Of a DNA stretch of 64,000 nt, positions 60,369-64,000 are shown in pieces (position 1 is the stretch's first letter; each line of letters begins with the position of its first letter). The notes under the pieces are model-generated. The model saw only the letters and a list, made by a program, of their open reading frames with translations. It did not search any database and was not told the origin of the DNA. This stretch comes from Cenarchaeum sp. (lineage in GTDB: Archaea > Thermoproteota > Nitrososphaeria > Nitrososphaerales > Nitrosopumilaceae): positions 1,888,001 through 1,952,000 of the forward strand of contig CBDESU010000001.1 of the NCBI GenBank assembly GCA_965242695.1, in the 5' to 3' direction. Both the position numbers and the translations under genes were made by a program.

Positions 60369-63242
60369 TCAAATTTTAGTACTTGCGATGTTATTGAAAC
60401 ACTTCTTGCATAAAAATTGTGGCGTATCTATACCATTTATATTTTGAAATCCAAACACATCTTCAATTTCTTGTCGTGAAGCGGCAACAACATCACAACG
60501 CCGACATTTTGTATATACACGTGCACTAATATTTGATGTAACATGTTTGTCAATTATAGTTCGGACATCCGAAGGGTGAAACGCAACATCCCAAACCCAT
60601 GTACCATAATTACCATTATCATTAACAGCTGCTACCCAATCATCAAGGGAACGGCGTTTTTGTTTATTTTGATCATCATCCTTACCTTTTACCTCCAACA
60701 CCAGATTAACACTGTTTTGTAGACGAATTAAAAAGTCTGGATAATAATCGTGAAGAACGCCTCGATATCGATATTGGATAGAGAATCCAATTTTAGAGTT
60801 CTTAGCCCACGAGACCACCCTCTCATTCTGGTCAAGCTCCCTACCAGTCGCCATCTCCCATGTTGAGTCATAGACGGCTAAGTTAATGTGAGACTTTACA
60901 GTGCGCTCAGTCGGCTTCTTGGTGTACCATGGGCGCATGTCGGATGTAGATGCAATTGGCTTACTTCGGCTTAATACAATCTTACGTACATCAGTGTTTT
61001 CACTTCTAATGAATTTGCATATATGAGACACTACTTTATTCATATTAAATAAAATAGTCATTTTAACACGAAGGTCGTCATTCTGCACATCCGTAACATA
61101 TATGTAATTCGAATTTATAAATCCTTCTACAATTTTTACAACTTGGGCAAAAAGGCTCGACGGAGATCCATGCCAGCCAGATGAGATCTCATCATAAGCC
61201 TCGGCGGCGGCCCGAAATACTATCTGTTGAAGCCGTATTTTTTTATCTATTTCACGTAGGTCGATGTTAGACATCTTGCTTAAATCAGGCTTTCCAGATA
61301 TAACTTCTGCCAACCCTACTGCAGTAGCTACGCCTTCGCTTTTAAGATCAAGTTGTTCAACGGATTTCCAGTCAATCGATAGGTTAGATGTAAACGATGT
61401 GTGAATTTGCACTATGTTTGGCCATGAAATTCTATGTTTGATTTTCACAGGATCAGGCTCTATCAGAGTAGTCGGTGGCGGAGGCGGCGGCTGACCTTCG
61501 CCATCTTCATGAGGAAGAAAAGTAAATGGAACACCGAATACATTGACATATTCGGGCTCAAACAAGTTTGTGTCGGAGTTTATTTCATATGATGTTCGAC
61601 GTAGCCCCCTCCCAACTACTTGTTCACATAGGAGCTGGCTAGTAAAAGCTCGCAATCCCATTATGTGAGTTACATTCCTGGCATCCCAACCTTCTGAGAG
61701 CATCTGGACTGCCACTACGTTTCGAATTTGTGCGCCCGGTTGTCCATTTTTACCGACAGTACCCGCAATATCTCTCAAAGAATAACCGTTCTGTTTTCCA
61801 GCACCTGTTTTTATACTGCCAGATTCCTCTTTTTCGATCTGTGCAGAATCTATGTGTAATAAATGATCGGGGTCACATAGATCCGTAATTTCAAACCTTC
61901 TTTTTTCAAATAAGTGTGCTACGCGTGCAGCAGTTTCGGTTCTGTTGCAAACGGTTATCATAACAGGAGGTATCAACGATCCACGCTTTTCCCATGTTTT
62001 AAACGCTTCTAGCCAATCACGTCCTAATAACAAGTACGCATTATGAACCAATTCTGGTAACGGTACATGGGGTTTTACTTTTTTGTTAAGATCTTGTTTT
62101 ACTTCATCATCCATGTATATATGGTAAAATCTAGACCGGTAGTCACTACTAAACTGACCTGAATCATCTCGAATGGCTATTCGGGGTGTTTTTGTAAGAC
62201 CGGACTCTATAGCATCGTTGAGTGAAAAATCTGATACAATCCACTTGAACAGTGTCTCTTCCGTCACGTTTTTTCCGGATGGTATAAATGGCGTAGCAGA
62301 GAAGTCAAAACAGTGTATTATTTTTCTTGCAGTGTTAATTTTATCAAGACCATCCATCCAACGCTTGTCCTTCTCTAACGTAGATTTTGAGATTTTTTTG
62401 GCCTGATCGGTAGTTGCTCTGTATGCATGATGTGCTTCGTCATTTATGACTACAATGTTATTAGACATATGATCGAGTATTCTACGGGAAAATATTTCGT
62501 TACTTTCATTGCCTCGCTTTATGACACTTTTAGGCGAATCTACATCAGGCATAAACGTGTGCCAGTTGTGTATACTAATTTTGCCCACATATAGTTTTTG
62601 ACGTAGTGAATTGGGAACTATGTCAAACAAGTCATAAAAATTGCCCTCACTTGTTGGACGCAATACTTGAAGTCTTGATTTAACTGTAAGACCAGGCGCT
62701 ACGATAAGAATATGCTTAGAAAACCTTGTGTCATTAGGGTATGTGGTTTTATTGATTACTTGCCAAGCAATTAACATAGCCATCACAACCGTTTTGCCTG
62801 TACCGGTAGCCATTTTGCAACACATACGCTCAAACGTTCCTCCATCCAACGGAATTTTAACCCCGCGTTTTTTTGCATCAGGTGCTTCCACCAGCCAAAT
62901 AAGCGTCTCTATGGATTCTAATTGACAAAAGAAGAGTTGATTTTCTCTAGCATTCTCATCATGCCAAAAATTTAATAGTTGTCTTGTCATGTCAGTAACA
63001 TATGGATAACCAGATGCTCTCCACGCATCGACTTTTTCACGTATCAGGTTGACCAGATCAAGCTCTATGAACTCACCAGGATCGTCAAATGACTTGCTAC
63101 TTTGTGACGCTTTCAAGAAGCCGGCAGGTCGCCTTCCAGTGACTTTCTTAAATTTTTGCTGGGAACGATCATACCGCCAGTAGTGCGTCGGCATTTTGTA
63201 GGGATTACAAATTATGAGATTTTTTATTTTAAGCATTGTCAA
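60369..63242 (-). CDS. res: Type III restriction enzyme Res subunit (SF2 helicase + PD-(D/E)XK), with C-terminal CxxC...CxxC extension
   Basis: KMATGTGKT, NDEAHH, SATP, EGWDA, QVVGRGLR, YYPDF...LEVKG; AT-rich. Confidence 0.92.
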   Translation of the reverse strand: MTMLKIKNLIICNPYKMPTHYWRYDRSQQKFKKVTGRRPAGFLKASQSSKSFDDPGEFIELDLVNLIREKVDAWRASGYPYVTDMTRQLLNFWHDENARENQLFFCQLESIETLIWLVEAPDAKKRGVKIPLDGGTFERMCCKMATGTGKTVVMAMLIAWQVINKTTYPNDTRFSKHILIVAPGLTVKSRLQVLRPTSEGNFYDLFDIVPNSLRQKLYVGKISIHNWHTFMPDVDSPKSVIKRGNESNEIFSRRILDHMSNNIVVINDEAHHAYRATTDQAKKISKSTLEKDKRWMDGLDKINTARKIIHCFDFSATPFIPSGKNVTEETLFKWIVSDFSLNDAIESGLTKTPRIAIRDDSGQFSSDYRSRFYHIYMDDEVKQDLNKKVKPHVPLPELVHNAYLLLGRDWLEAFKTWEKRGSLIPPVMITVCNRTETAARVAHLFEKRRFEITDLCDPDHLLHIDSAQIEKEESGSIKTGAGKQNGYSLRDIAGTVGKNGQPGAQIRNVVAVQMLSEGWDARNVTHIMGLRAFTSQLLCEQVVGRGLRRTSYEINSDTNLFEPEYVNVFGVPFTFLPHEDGEGQPPPPPPTTLIEPDPVKIKHRISWPNIVQIHTSFTSNLSIDWKSVEQLDLKSEGVATAVGLAEVISGKPDLSKMSNIDLREIDKKIRLQQIVFRAAAEAYDEISSGWHGSPSSLFAQVVKIVEGFINSNYIYVTDVQNDDLRVKMTILFNMNKVVSHICKFIRSENTDVRKIVLSRSKPIASTSDMRPWYTKKPTERTVKSHINLAVYDSTWEMATGRELDQNERVVSWAKNSKIGFSIQYRYRGVLHDYYPDFLIRLQNSVNLVLEVKGKDDDQNKQKRRSLDDWVAAVNDNGNYGTWVWDVAFHPSDVRTIIDKHVTSNISARVYTKCRRCDVVAASRQEIEDVFGFQNINGIDTPQFLCKKCFNNIASTKI

Positions 63243-64000
63243 CCAACTCTATAATTTTCATGGACTCTATTCCACGATCATCAATAATTTTTACTGCGGC
63301 CCTCCTATTTGATCGCGTCTTAAATGGTATTGATACAGTTCCACGATATTTTTCTAGTAAATCACAATCTATTTGTGCGTTTAGCGTTTTGGCCAGTTGA
63401 CTCCATTTGCCAATATCTTTATCCATTGGAAAAAAGATCTGTCCCGGATAGAGACTCCTGCCATCATAGTCTTCATCTAACATCCACATAGCGATTTGAG
63501 ATGTATTGCCCGATTTAATATCTTTTGTCCGTGTATCGTAATAATCAAACCCATGCAACGTAACTACGTTTAAACCATCATTAGTAGTTTGGACACTAAC
63601 ATCAGGTTGTCCCACCAGCCAGAACGAATCATTGGTTGATCGTTTTTTTCTTAAATCGCCGGTTAGTAGATCTTTGTTTATTTCAACTTTAAGAATGGTC
63701 ATTTTTGGCCAATTCGTTTCATCTATGTCTTTAGCAGCTTCAGGATCAAACTGCATAGCGGCAAATATAATTACATCGGGTTTTGGTACTAGCATACGAG
63801 CCTCTTCTAGTGCTAGCTCAACTTGTCGTGGTTCTAAAGGTGCGTGTACCGGTCCAAAGGAGATTAATGCGGTCCTATGATCATTCGTAATTTCGGCCCA
63901 TGCGTGTATCCACCGTGTCGCTGCATGTGTATCAATCCTCGTAAACTCCAACTTTTGCCCACCTTTACCACGTATTCCCGTCTTCAATAGCTCGTCGCGC
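63229..64000 (-). CDS. mod: Type III RM DNA methyltransferase (Mod), C-terminal part (5' end beyond window)
   Basis: SFWLVGQPD, GFDYYD, WMLDEDYDGRS, AVKIIDDRGIE C-terminal pattern; overlaps the res start; frame open to the window edge. Confidence 0.82.
   Translation of the reverse strand, partial: RDELLKTGIRGKGGQKLEFTRIDTHAATRWIHAWAEITNDHRTALISFGPVHAPLEPRQVELALEEARMLVPKPDVIIFAAMQFDPEAAKDIDETNWPKMTILKVEINKDLLTGDLRKKRSTNDSFWLVGQPDVSVQTTNDGLNVVTLHGFDYYDTRTKDIKSGNTSQIAMWMLDEDYDGRSLYPGQIFFPMDKDIGKWSQLAKTLNAQIDCDLLEKYRGTVSIPFKTRSNRRAAVKIIDDRGIESMKIIELVDNA

Overview
This window looks like a chromosome segment of a very GC-rich ammonia-oxidising archaeon (Nitrososphaerota/Thaumarchaeota, Nitrosopumilaceae-like). 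A sponge-symbiont type is possible, but taxonomy is inferred from gene content only. The backbone is housekeeping: thrC, a Ubl-E1 fusion, bud32, rdgB, taw1, dusB, corA, gltX, an IPK-IDI-GGPP synthase cluster, trxA, archease, hisS, aIF-6, nadE, purC/M/N, antiporters, an ABC substrate-binding protein, tRNA-Lys(CTT) and tRNA-His(GTG). Most genes have a TATA-like AT patch about 25-35 bp before the start codon, suggesting leaderless transcripts. Accessory inserts interrupt the backbone: an AT-rich Type IIG restriction-modification gene behind a very long compound microsatellite, an ART-like plus tandem wHTH pair and a SocA/YwgA-like gene around tRNA-Lys, two unrelated solo P-loop ATPases each with a perfect tandem array just behind its promoter, an adjacent SRA-like and HNH gene pair, a decayed toxin-antitoxin-like pair, an IS66 transposase with a repeat-expanded tail, and an AT-rich Type III RM locus running off the right edge. 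The best candidates for something undescribed are the 'solo ATPase + promoter-proximal tandem array' architecture, the SRA/HNH pair, the ART-like module and an unannotated 28-aa membrane peptide. All functional calls come from motif reading by eye; no searches were run.
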